From a bacterium (GTDB lineage: Bacteria > RBG-13-61-14 > DATKZS01), in NCBI GenBank assembly GCA_963674965.2, contig CAXXFL010000005.1:704001-768000 (forward strand): a DNA stretch of 64,000 bases, read 5' to 3'. Shown here in pieces: positions 41,525-50,270 of the stretch. A program made the translations under genes and the position numbers. Below the pieces are notes generated by a model, which worked only from the letters and a program-made list of their open reading frames with translations, did not search any database and was not told the origin of the DNA. The number at the start of each line of letters is the position of its first letter. Positions within the stretch are counted from its first letter, which is position 1.

Positions 41525-41753
41525 GTTTTGATACGGGATTTTTTCATAGACTCCTTTCTCGCCATGTTCTACTCTATAAACGCCTGAGAAAGAGAAAATT
41601 TTACCGTCGATATCTATTGTGGAATTGAATTATGGCGAGTATATGGCCCGAATGAGAAATAATTGAGGAATATTTAATTTCAGGACAGGGTGAAATTTTC
41701 GCGCCGCCTCGAGGGAAAGGGGCCTATTAATATCTAGGCCCGCCCGCCGCTCC

Positions 41754-42149
41754 TCACGCGCTGACGTCGAGGCGGGCGCCGGGGACGTGGGCGTCGCGGC
41801 CGCTTTCCATGCCGTTGAAGGCGACGCGGTATTTTTTGGACTGGTTGAGCTGGAGCTCGATCCGGTCCTTGTGTTCACGGACCCTTCTAAGGACGTGGGC
41901 CTGGGAATCGATCATCTCCCGCCGTACGGACTCGATGAAGCGAAGCTCTTCCGGCTCCATTTCCTCCTGGTGGCCGCCGTCCCGGACGTTTTCCTCGAGC
42001 CGCCTGATGTTGGCCGCCCGCGTTTTGTATTCCTCGAGCTGGACGCTCAGTCTCGCGTATTCCTCGAGCTCGAGGCTGACCCCGATATTGGTGATGAGTT
42101 CCTTGGTACGATTGAATTCTTCCAGCAACAACTCGCAGAGGTTAGACAT
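41754..42149 (-). CDS. FliT-like flagellar chaperone
   Basis: Helical 131-aa ORF after fliS with a C-terminal xxD motif; call is mainly positional. Confidence 0.55.
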   Translation of the reverse strand: MSNLCELLLEEFNRTKELITNIGVSLELEEYARLSVQLEEYKTRAANIRRLEENVRDGGHQEEMEPEELRFIESVRREMIDSQAHVLRRVREHKDRIELQLNQSKKYRVAFNGMESGRDAHVPGARLDVSA

Positions 42150-42195
42150 CGCTCCGCCGTCCTTTCCGCTATTCCAGCTATGAATGGGGTCCGAA

Positions 42196-42576
42196 TTATG
42201 AGGCCTTTTTGACCGCTTCTCTCCAGCCTTCGGCCAGTTCCTCCCACACTCCTTTCACGTCGAGCAAATGGGCGGGGTCCTTTTCGGTCCTGGCCTTGAG
42301 TATCCTGGAAAGAACGAAAAGATAGATATCGGTAAGACCCTTGGCAAACTCCTCGTCCACTTCCGGCTTGAGGGCGTGGATAAGCTCCTCCACTATGCGC
42401 TGGGCCTTGGCCAGGTTCTGGTCCATGTCCAGGTATCTTTCCTCGGAGAAGGCTTCCTCGGCCTGGTTTAAATCCCTGGTCACTCCCTCGTAGAGCATGA
42501 CCACCAGGCCGGCTGGAGAGGCCGTCGTCACCGAGGCCTCGCGGTAAAGGTTGAAGGGCGCGTTCATGTTCATCAT
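42196..42576 (-). CDS. fliS: Flagellin chaperone
   Basis: Y....V.TASP..LVVMLYEG, KAQ.I..EL, L..IY, L.EGW; start ATG 42576 after GAGGTGG. Confidence 0.93.
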   Translation of the reverse strand: MMNMNAPFNLYREASVTTASPAGLVVMLYEGVTRDLNQAEEAFSEERYLDMDQNLAKAQRIVEELIHALKPEVDEEFAKGLTDIYLFVLSRILKARTEKDPAHLLDVKGVWEELAEGWREAVKKAS

Positions 42577-42588
42577 TTTTTCCACCTC

Positions 42589-43953
42589 TTATGCTCTATA
42601 TATAGATCCGGCCGCAAGATAATTTTGCTGAGCCTGCATCTCGCTTATGAGGGTCTCCAGCGTGGTGAACTTGTGTTTCAAGTTCTTCTCGTACTCGACC
42701 AGCCTGGCCTCGGCCTCCTGAATCTGGTCGTCGAGCTGGCTGATGGACTCGTCAAAACCGGTGGCGCGGTTGGGAATAATTCCCTCCAGCGGGTCGGTTA
42801 TCTGGGTCACTAGTTCATCAATCTTCGTGCCAAGGCCATCGACCGAGCTGGTACCGGTGAACAGTCTTATCAGCTCGTCGAGGTTTTCCTCGGCCACGTC
42901 CTCGAACTCGGTCTCGTCAAGCTCATAGGTCCCGTCGGACTGGGTCTTGAGTCCCAATTCTCCCAGACTGGTGATCCCGCCTCCCAACCCGCTGATAGGA
43001 GTCATGAAAAGCTTTTGGAAGTCCATCTGGATGGACCGTATGGCCGAGTCGCCCGACAAGGGTCCGGCTTCCTTGGTAGTCTCGTTGTAATGGGCCTGCT
43101 TATGGAAGAACTCGGCTATATCGTTATAGGCGTCCATAAAATCTTTTATATTGTCCTTGACCGCGTCCTTGTCGGGCGAGATAACGAGGGCGATTTCCTG
43201 TCCCGCCTCGGTCACGTTGAGAACATCCATGCTCAGGCCGGGAAGAATGTTCTCAATCTCGTTGGTGGCGCTGGCCACGGTGATGCCGTCGACGGTCACG
43301 CTGGCGTCCGCCGCGTCCTGGACCTGGGTAAAGCTCAGGCCCTGGCCGCCGGTAAGCCCGCCGGCGTCGATGGTAATTGCCTGGTCCTCGCCGGTGTCGG
43401 CCGAGCTGATCACCAGTTGGTAGGGCTCGTCACCGCCGGAGTTTATAAGCCAGGCCTTGACGTTGGCGCCGGAGTTGTTAATGGAGTCTACCAGGGAACC
43501 GAGGGTATCGTTCGAGGAATCCACCGTTATATCGGTGGTTTCTCCATCCACGGTAATGGAGAGCGTGCCCGCGCCCACGCTGGTGGCCGTGGTGTCGGCG
43601 TACCCGTTCGAGGTCTCGACCTCGGACTGGGCCACCGAGTTGACCTTGACGTGGTGCGTGCCGGTCGTGGCCTGGCCCGTTATATTGGCCTTGAAATAAC
43701 CCGACTCGCTCATGCTGGACTCGTAGACGTCCCAGGAGGAGCTTTTCTTCAGCTTTTCGGCAATGTCCTCCAAGGCTTGAAGCTTGTCCGAAAGGTCCTG
43801 GAAAAGGTCTTTTTGCTTTTCCATGATGGACTTTCGAGCTTCCAGCTTATCGATGGGCATCCTCTCGAGTTTGACCAGGTTCTCGACTATTCCGGCCGTA
43901 TCCAAACCGGATGCCAAACCTGAAAACGTTATCGCGGGATTTCTGACTTCCAT
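42589..43953 (-). CDS. fliD: Flagellar filament cap protein
   Basis: FSGLASGLDT, A.DA...VDG, F.DAYN, L.GDS, F..LE. Confidence 0.95.
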   Translation of the reverse strand: MEVRNPAITFSGLASGLDTAGIVENLVKLERMPIDKLEARKSIMEKQKDLFQDLSDKLQALEDIAEKLKKSSSWDVYESSMSESGYFKANITGQATTGTHHVKVNSVAQSEVETSNGYADTTATSVGAGTLSITVDGETTDITVDSSNDTLGSLVDSINNSGANVKAWLINSGGDEPYQLVISSADTGEDQAITIDAGGLTGGQGLSFTQVQDAADASVTVDGITVASATNEIENILPGLSMDVLNVTEAGQEIALVISPDKDAVKDNIKDFMDAYNDIAEFFHKQAHYNETTKEAGPLSGDSAIRSIQMDFQKLFMTPISGLGGGITSLGELGLKTQSDGTYELDETEFEDVAEENLDELIRLFTGTSSVDGLGTKIDELVTQITDPLEGIIPNRATGFDESISQLDDQIQEAEARLVEYEKNLKHKFTTLETLISEMQAQQNYLAAGSIYRA

Positions 43954-44016
43954 AACACTCTCCTGGACCGCGAGAATGGCATATCGGCCATCTCGCTTTC
44001 ATGGCCTTATACTTAC

Positions 44017-44043
44017 TTATCGGCTTTTTTCGGGCAATATTTA
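44017..44043 (-). promoter_or_regulatory. sigma28 promoter of fliD-fliS
   Basis: Perfect TAAA-N15-GCCGATAA; the -35 uses the flaG stop codon. Confidence 0.85.
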
Positions 44044-44499
44044 TACCTGTTTGTCAAATAAAAGGCCGTTTAATTCCTCCATGGTTTGCGACAGTTTAAC
44101 CCACTCTTCAGGCGGTATTTGAGCGACTTCCTCGCCGCTTTCCTTGTCCGTGACTTTGATAATCATCCTTTCGTCTTCCGGGTCGAACTGGAATTTCAGA
44201 GCCTGGTTCTTGATCGCCGCGGTCTCGTTCAATTCCTCGAGCTTTCTTTGCATGGCGTTAATCACTTTTTCGTCGTCCACTATATGGGTGGCGCTATCCT
44301 CGGGCCTTGTCTTGTCCGGATCGGTAATTTTTTCCGGGGCCGTCGGGACCACCGCGGAAGCGGAGACTATGGACCCGCCTTCCTCCCCGACCACCTGGAC
44401 CCGGTTGGAAGACGAAGAAGCGGCCTCACTCATCGACTTGATGCGCTGGGCGCGGTCGACCGGAGACTCCTGAGAAGTGGGAGATATCTTGGCTATCAT
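44041..44499 (-). CDS. flaG: FlaG family flagellar protein
   Basis: LKF......IIKV.D.ESGE...QIPPEE......GLLFD. Confidence 0.9.
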   Translation of the reverse strand: MIAKISPTSQESPVDRAQRIKSMSEAASSSSNRVQVVGEEGGSIVSASAVVPTAPEKITDPDKTRPEDSATHIVDDEKVINAMQRKLEELNETAAIKNQALKFQFDPEDERMIIKVTDKESGEEVAQIPPEEWVKLSQTMEELNGLLFDKQV

Positions 44500-44526
44500 A
44501 GCGACCTCCCTCCTTTTTACGTTGCC

Positions 44527-44570
44527 TTGACGGCGTAAAGGGCGGTGCGCGCCCCGCCTCTACGCGTCAA
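44527..44570. terminator. Stem-loop between fliC and flaG (partial terminator or mRNA stabiliser)
   Basis: Imperfect IR TTGACGGCGTAAAGGGCGG / CCGCCTCTACGCGTCAA with no strong U tract. Confidence 0.55.
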
Positions 44571-44578
44571 AGATTTGC

Positions 44579-45415
44579 TTAGCCTTGGAGAAGTCCCAGG
44601 GCTATCTGCGGGTTCATGTTCGCCTGAGACAAGACGCTGATGCCGGCCTGCTGGATGATCTGGTACTTGATCATCTGCGAGGTTTCCTTGGCGACATCCA
44701 CGTCCCGGATTCGTGACTCGGCGGCGATGCTGTTCTCGATGGCGATTCCCAGGTTGTTGATCGTGGTCTGGAGCCTGTTCTGCGCGGCGCCCATTTCGCT
44801 CCTTATATCGACGACCGAGGATATGGCGTCGTCGATGGCGGTCAGGGCGGCGTCGGTGTCGGCGCTGGCCGACGAGCTGATGTCCAGGGTGCTGATTCCG
44901 AGGTCCGAGGCCAGGGCCGAGGTCAGGGTAACCGCGAAGGTGTCCACGTCGGCCGTGGTGCCAACGTCGACCTGGAAGGTGACCGAGGTGGTGGAACCGT
45001 CAAGCAGCTTGGTACCATTGAAATTGGTCGCCTTGGCGATACGGTCGATCTCGTCGGTCAGGGCCTGGAACTCGCTGTCAAGCATGTCCTTCTGGTCGTC
45101 GCTCACCGTCCCGTTGGCGCTCTGCATGGTCAGCTCGCGAAGCCTCACAAGCTTCGAGCTCACCTCATTGAGGGCGCCCTCCGCGATCTGAAGCATCGAG
45201 ATGCCGTCCATCGAGTTGCGGGAGGCCTGCTCCAAGCTGGCCACCTGTGAACGAAGGCTCTCCGAAATCGCGAGTCCAGCGGCGTCGTCGCCGGCGGAAA
45301 CGATCCTTAGACCGGAACTTAACCTGGAAAGCGATTTGTTAAGATTGGTGTTAGCCGTGCTCAGGTTGCGCTGAGCGTTGATTGATGCCGGGTTGTTGTT
45401 GATTACTAATCCCAT
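44579..45415 (-). CDS. fliC: Flagellin (short, 278 aa)
   Basis: INNN, RLSSGLRI..A.DDAAGLAIS, GAAQNRL, SRIRDVD.A.E. Confidence 0.98.
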   Translation of the reverse strand: MGLVINNNPASINAQRNLSTANTNLNKSLSRLSSGLRIVSAGDDAAGLAISESLRSQVASLEQASRNSMDGISMLQIAEGALNEVSSKLVRLRELTMQSANGTVSDDQKDMLDSEFQALTDEIDRIAKATNFNGTKLLDGSTTSVTFQVDVGTTADVDTFAVTLTSALASDLGISTLDISSSASADTDAALTAIDDAISSVVDIRSEMGAAQNRLQTTINNLGIAIENSIAAESRIRDVDVAKETSQMIKYQIIQQAGISVLSQANMNPQIALGLLQG

Positions 45416-45502
45416 TTTAATCCTCCTTTCTTGGCAATACTGAGATCGCCACGATTTATTTTATTTGCTCCTCCTTCGAGTCGCTTTCCTCCTACACTAT
45501 AC

Positions 45503-45529
45503 TTATCGGACCCAATTTGAGATACTTTA
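45503..45529 (-). promoter_or_regulatory. sigma28 promoter of fliC
   Basis: TAAA-N15-TCCGATAA with an A-rich upstream tract. Confidence 0.85.
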
Positions 45530-45580
45530 GAACTTTTTTAAATTTTTATTCTTTTTTTCAACTCCTCTAAAATAAAGATA

Positions 45581-45766
45581 GAGCCTTTTGCATAGGTCCC
45601 GCTTTGGAGTGCGGCGGCTCGACGACGCTTTTCTTCCGAGCGGCTTTACGCGAGGCTAGCCGTTGTATTCTTGGGCTTTTTCAAGCCAAGGCCATCGAAA
45701 GCGCTCTCAAGCGACCACAATCCAAAGCGGCTATGCCGCCAAGAAAGGGACTTTTGCAAGAAGCTC
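45581..45766. mobile_element. 186-bp MITE, copy 2 (inverted relative to copy 1)
   Basis: Ungapped reverse-complement match to 41339-41524 with about 19 mismatches by hand count; GATA direct repeats at 45577-45580 and 45767-45770. Confidence 0.88.
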
Positions 45767-45890
45767 GATAAATAGATGATAAATCCGGGCATTTTATTGA
45801 CGGAGGACTTTGGGGGGAAAGGGGGACGGCTTTTTCGGTAATCGAAATTCAATAGGCCGGGCTCAAGGAACCGCTATTTGCCGAAATAGA

Positions 45891-45921
45891 GAAAAAGTGG
45901 GCCCCGCCAGAAGCGGGGCCC
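45891..45921 (-). terminator. Rho-independent terminator of the GT-HDOD transcript
   Basis: GGGCCCCGC/GCGGGGCCC stem followed by ACTTTTT on the minus strand. Confidence 0.75.
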
Positions 45922-45948
45922 GGTGAAGAAGAAATACACTATATGTAA

Positions 45949-46788
45949 TCAGGCCGCGAAGAGCTTCTTTGCCTCCTCGTAGCTCTGGGTGATGTAGACG
46001 CTTATGTCCTCCAGGTCTTTTTCGCTCATATTGAAAAGCTCCATGGGCTCGAACATGAAAAGATCGATTTCAGGGTCCGGATTGCGAAAACCAATGCCCA
46101 GCTTGCGGCAAAGAACGTTTACAAGAGATATGACCGCGACCCTTTCCTTGACGTCCTCACCGGCCAGGATGAACTCGTGGTGAGCAAGCACCATCTTTAA
46201 CAACTCCTCCTCCATGTTCCAGCGGCCAAGCACCATGGTGCCCACCTCGACGTGGGTAAACCCGAAAGCCTCGGCCTCGGCGTCGATAATGTCCTCCTTT
46301 TCAAGGTCCACCCGGTCCAGCACCCCGCGGTATTCAGGTATCTCTCCCAGCATGACAACCTTGCCCATGTCGTGGAAAAGCCCGCCCAGGTAGACCTCGT
46401 CGGCCCATTTGAAGCCCAGGCGCTTGGCCAGCTCGGCCGACCCGTTGGCCACGCCCATGCTGTGGTCCCAAAGGAGTTGCTCGTGCTCCCCGAAGCTGGG
46501 ATAGAGGTTTCGAAGCGAAGCCGCGAGAAGCAGTTTCTGCAGGTTCCTGTACCCGAGCAGCATAATGGCCTGAGTAAGGGTCTTGGCCGGTTTCCGGGGC
46601 CGAAAGTAGCTCGAGTTCGAGAGCTTTAATATGGACGAACTCATGCCCTGGTCCTGGCTGATGAGCTTGTTAAGCTGGACCGGCGTGGTGTTCTCGTCCG
46701 AGATCATCTCCATTACCTTGACCGCGATTACGGGTATGGTCGGTATGTTCTTGATCTTTTGAGTGATTAGTTGAAGCTTGTCTTCCAT
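45949..46788 (-). CDS. HDOD domain protein
   Basis: IP.IP, DQ.....LKL.NS, AI.LLG, LW.HS, GLFHDMGK, H.EVG....W. Confidence 0.92.
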   Translation of the reverse strand: MEDKLQLITQKIKNIPTIPVIAVKVMEMISDENTTPVQLNKLISQDQGMSSSILKLSNSSYFRPRKPAKTLTQAIMLLGYRNLQKLLLAASLRNLYPSFGEHEQLLWDHSMGVANGSAELAKRLGFKWADEVYLGGLFHDMGKVVMLGEIPEYRGVLDRVDLEKEDIIDAEAEAFGFTHVEVGTMVLGRWNMEEELLKMVLAHHEFILAGEDVKERVAVISLVNVLCRKLGIGFRNPDPEIDLFMFEPMELFNMSEKDLEDISVYITQSYEEAKKLFAA

Positions 46789-46813
46789 TTTATCCCTCCA
46801 TGCGAGCGGCCGG

Positions 46814-49800
46814 TCAGACGGCGGCCGTTTGCTCGTGTTTTCTCGGAATCGTCTCGAGCTTTTCTCCCAGCCCGGGCAGCGACCGCGTTAAATTGGCCGA
46901 GTTCTCCATGAACTTGTCGAACAACATCTCCTGCCCCGAGGCGGCGAGACGCCCGGCCATTTCGGCCAAGACCCCCTCGGCTTCCTCCTCGGTGGCGTTG
47001 ATCTCTATCTCCACGTCCTCTCCCGCCAGTTGGTGGATGAAAAGAACGCCGAGGGACGAGCGGAGAGTGGGCGGATTGATCGCGGCCCAGGTCTCGAGGG
47101 CCTCCACTATCTGTCCCGTGTATAAAAGGGACTCGCCCAGGTACTCGCGGGCGATAAAGGTCCGCTCCGACGCCGGGTCGCCGAAGATGGCCGAGCGCAG
47201 GAACCATTCTCCCGCCCTCTTGAAGTTGCCCGTTTGAAAGAAGACCTCGGCCCCCAGGAACCAGAAAGCCTCATCCTTGGGATGGTCCTTGAGCCAGTCC
47301 GTCAGGCGGGCGAAGCCCCGCTGCGCGTCCAGCCCGGAAAAGTCCACCCGGCAAAGGCCCAGCGCGGAGTCCCGGTCCGCGGGATTGGCCGAGAGCGCCG
47401 TCTCGAAATACTCCCGGGCCTGGTCCAGTTCTCCCCGCCTCAGCCTGACCTCGGCCAGTCCGCGCAGGGCCAGCCAGGAGGTCACCCCCGGCTGGGGCAC
47501 CACGTGCAGGGCCTTGCCGTCGAACTCCCTGCAGGCCTCGAAATGACGGCCGGCCTCTTCCAGGTTTCCCGCGGCCAGGTTAAGCCCGGCCGCCAGGTAG
47601 TGCAGGTTGGGCGTGGGTTTGATCCCGGTTTTAAAGGCCCAGTTTACGACCTCGAGGCCGGCCTGGTGTTCCTTTTTCTTATACAGCTCGAGGGCGTAGC
47701 GGGCGCATATCTCGGCGGAGAAGGGCAGCCGGTTTCGTTTTCCCGGCGCCGCCTCGCGCAGCTTGTCGTATACTTTTGCGATAAGCTCGAGGGCCTCCTC
47801 GTCCGTGGCCCGGTCGCGTCGGTGCTCGGCGTATTTATACCAGGCGTAGAGGTCGTCGGGATTGTCCTTGAGTTGTTTCTGGAAAATCCTCTCGTTCCTC
47901 TCGAATTTTTCCTTGTCCTCCATCACCGGCTCTGAGTAGCCCTTGTGGAGTATCCGGATATCGGTCAGGTCCTTATAACTCAAGCCGTGCTTGATGGCGT
48001 AAGGGGTAAGGGAAGGATGGACCTGCTCGTGTATGGCGCCCTGGAAACGGACCCCCGGCGTCTTGCGGAAAAGACGCAACACCAGGCACTCGAAACTTTC
48101 CTTGTCTTTCCTCAAGTTGGTGATGGGCAGGTAATAGGCCACCGCCTCGGGGTCCTCGACCGCTTGCCGGATCAGGTCGGCCGAGCCCTCTCCCAATACT
48201 TCGTCGGCGTCAAGCACCAGAATCCAGTCGCCCGAGGCGTGGTAAATGGAAACGTTTCTGGCCGCGGAAAAATCATCCTCCCACTCCTTGAGGTAGACCC
48301 GGGCCCCGTATTCGCGAGCTATCTTGGCCGTCCGGTCCGTGCTGCCAGTGTCAACCAATATTATCTCGTCGGCCGCGTCCCTGGCCGCCTCGAGGCACTC
48401 GGCCAGGCAGTCCTCCTCGTTCTTCGCGATCATGCAAAGAGAGACGCGAGGGCGGGAGCCAACCTCGGCCGCCGCCGGCTTGTCCTTTTCGCTTTTTTTA
48501 TCGCCGCCTTCCTGGGACAACTCGTCGACGTTGGCCAGGTGCTCCGAGATGAAGGGCCACTTGTCGATGAACTTTTGCATGTTCTCTTTGAGGAGCGCCT
48601 TGTAATCGATCTTGATGTTCGAGTAAGTCTTGGTGCCGTAGTGGTGTATGAAAACGTCGTTGGCCACCACCGGCTTGTAACCGGCAAAGCGGGTCCTTAG
48701 CGAAAAGTCGTCGTCCTCGAAATTGCCCAGGCCGAACCGCTCGTCCAGGCCGCCTATTTTGAGATAAAGCTCGCGTGGAAAGAGCATGCAAAGACCGACG
48801 ATCATGTTGGTCTCCCAGCGCTCTCCCTTGTGCTTTTCGTGAAAGCGGCCCGCGAACTCGTGCATCTGCTCCATGTTTTTATAATCGAGGCCCTCGAGCT
48901 TCTGGGCGCCCCTGATGAAGTTGCAGCGGGGACCCACCACTCCGACCTTGTCGTCCTCCTCGAAGGGCTGTAAAAGGTGTTTGAGCCAGCCCTTGGTAAC
49001 GACCACGTCGTTATTTAAAAGAAGCATGTGAGTGCCCCTCGAGACGGCCATGCCCTGGTTGCACCCCGCGGGAAAGCCCCGGTTTTCCTTGTTAAATACG
49101 GCCCTTATATCCGGCTGGGCCTTGAGCCACTCGACGGTGCCGTCCTTGCTTCCGTTGTCCACCACCACCAGCTCGTGAGGCTCGGGCGTGTATTTCCTTA
49201 TGCTCTCGACGCACTCCTTCGTATAAGGGAGCTGGCCGCAGGTGAGCATGACGATACTGACCATGGTCTCGGGCCGGGGAACGGCGCGGACAAGGTACTG
49301 ATATACCCTGCCGTCCTCCTCGAGGGTCGAGGCGTCGATGCCCCGTTTCAGTAGTTCCCTGGTCAACCCCTCTGGCCAAAGGCCCATGTCCGAGGTCACC
49401 TGGGCCAGGGCCTCGATCATGTAGCCGCCCGCGACGAAAAAGTCGATAAGACTCGATCGCGTGAAAAAACGAAGATGGGTGCGGTCCAGAATGCCCGCTT
49501 CCCGGTAGTCCCATCTCCCCTCGATCAGGTCACGCAGAACGGACTGGTGCCTCACGTTGGGAAGGCTGGCCACCACGCACCCGCCGGGCGCCAGAAGTTT
49601 ATGGGACTTCTTTATCAATTCCTCGGGGTCCCGAAGGTGCTCGAGTACGTCGGCGAAAACGATAGCGTCAAAGCCGCCTCCGGCCTGGCCCAGCGCCTCT
49701 TCAACGTCGCCGCAAATGACCCGGTCCAGTTTCTCCTCGGCCTTTCGCGCCACGCTCTCGACCAGCTCGACGCCGGTAACCCGGCATTCCCGCTCCTTTT

Positions 49801-49972
49801 TCAGCTCAGCGCCCAAGGCGCCCGATCCGCAGCCCACGTCCAGAATATTGACGGCCTCGGCCGGAATCAGACGCCGAACCTCGGGCCGGGACATCCCGTA
49901 ATAGTTAGTAGGCTTGTCTTGGGATGGCCCCTTTTTTTTGCCGCGCTTTTGACGGTCTTTATTTTTTGGCAT
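46814..49972 (-). CDS. Methyltransferase-GT2-GT2-TPR fusion, probable flagellin glycosyltransferase
   Basis: DVGCGSG and DVLEHL; DNGS.DGT, LNND, FEDDD; DTGSTD, LDADE, IHEQ; C-terminal TPRs. Confidence 0.88.
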   Translation of the reverse strand: MPKNKDRQKRGKKKGPSQDKPTNYYGMSRPEVRRLIPAEAVNILDVGCGSGALGAELKKERECRVTGVELVESVARKAEEKLDRVICGDVEEALGQAGGGFDAIVFADVLEHLRDPEELIKKSHKLLAPGGCVVASLPNVRHQSVLRDLIEGRWDYREAGILDRTHLRFFTRSSLIDFFVAGGYMIEALAQVTSDMGLWPEGLTRELLKRGIDASTLEEDGRVYQYLVRAVPRPETMVSIVMLTCGQLPYTKECVESIRKYTPEPHELVVVDNGSKDGTVEWLKAQPDIRAVFNKENRGFPAGCNQGMAVSRGTHMLLLNNDVVVTKGWLKHLLQPFEEDDKVGVVGPRCNFIRGAQKLEGLDYKNMEQMHEFAGRFHEKHKGERWETNMIVGLCMLFPRELYLKIGGLDERFGLGNFEDDDFSLRTRFAGYKPVVANDVFIHHYGTKTYSNIKIDYKALLKENMQKFIDKWPFISEHLANVDELSQEGGDKKSEKDKPAAAEVGSRPRVSLCMIAKNEEDCLAECLEAARDAADEIILVDTGSTDRTAKIAREYGARVYLKEWEDDFSAARNVSIYHASGDWILVLDADEVLGEGSADLIRQAVEDPEAVAYYLPITNLRKDKESFECLVLRLFRKTPGVRFQGAIHEQVHPSLTPYAIKHGLSYKDLTDIRILHKGYSEPVMEDKEKFERNERIFQKQLKDNPDDLYAWYKYAEHRRDRATDEEALELIAKVYDKLREAAPGKRNRLPFSAEICARYALELYKKKEHQAGLEVVNWAFKTGIKPTPNLHYLAAGLNLAAGNLEEAGRHFEACREFDGKALHVVPQPGVTSWLALRGLAEVRLRRGELDQAREYFETALSANPADRDSALGLCRVDFSGLDAQRGFARLTDWLKDHPKDEAFWFLGAEVFFQTGNFKRAGEWFLRSAIFGDPASERTFIAREYLGESLLYTGQIVEALETWAAINPPTLRSSLGVLFIHQLAGEDVEIEINATEEEAEGVLAEMAGRLAASGQEMLFDKFMENSANLTRSLPGLGEKLETIPRKHEQTAAV

Positions 49973-50012
49973 ATTTTCTCTCCAGGCTAAGGGATAATGC
50001 TACCAAATGAAC

Positions 50013-50029
50013 AAGCACTTTCCGTGCCG
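50013..50029 (-). promoter_or_regulatory. sigma54 (-24/-12) promoter
   Basis: CGGCACGGAAAGTGCTT (GG-N10-GC) about 40 bp upstream of the GT start. Confidence 0.7.
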
Positions 50030-50270
50030 GGAGAAGCCCTTTTTTTAAGCGCTATAAAACGGTAAGTTAACCCGAGGTTTATAACGGAGCGGAGCGTAAG
50101 TAGAGCGATTTATAACTGACGGGAAGATATTTCCCTGACGATTTTTCCCATCCGAGACACAATTTCCCAGAATCGAGATTTGTGCGAATGACTCGAATGA
50201 ACGATTTTTCATCTGACTAATGCTGAATCTGTTTTTTGAAAAACCAGCGGAAAAAACACTGGCTCAGCGC

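Noticed and set aside
41325-41531. 68-aa ORF and its counterpart at 45646-45852
   Set aside because: Both are translations of the non-coding MITE.
41428-41731. 12-bp match GGCCTATTAATA inside MITE copy 1 and near 41720
   Set aside because: Short, absent from copy 2 and does not extend; probably chance.
43981-44009. Second sigma28-like -10 (GCCGATAT) before fliD
   Set aside because: No TAAA at 15-nt spacing, and it lies within a leader hairpin.
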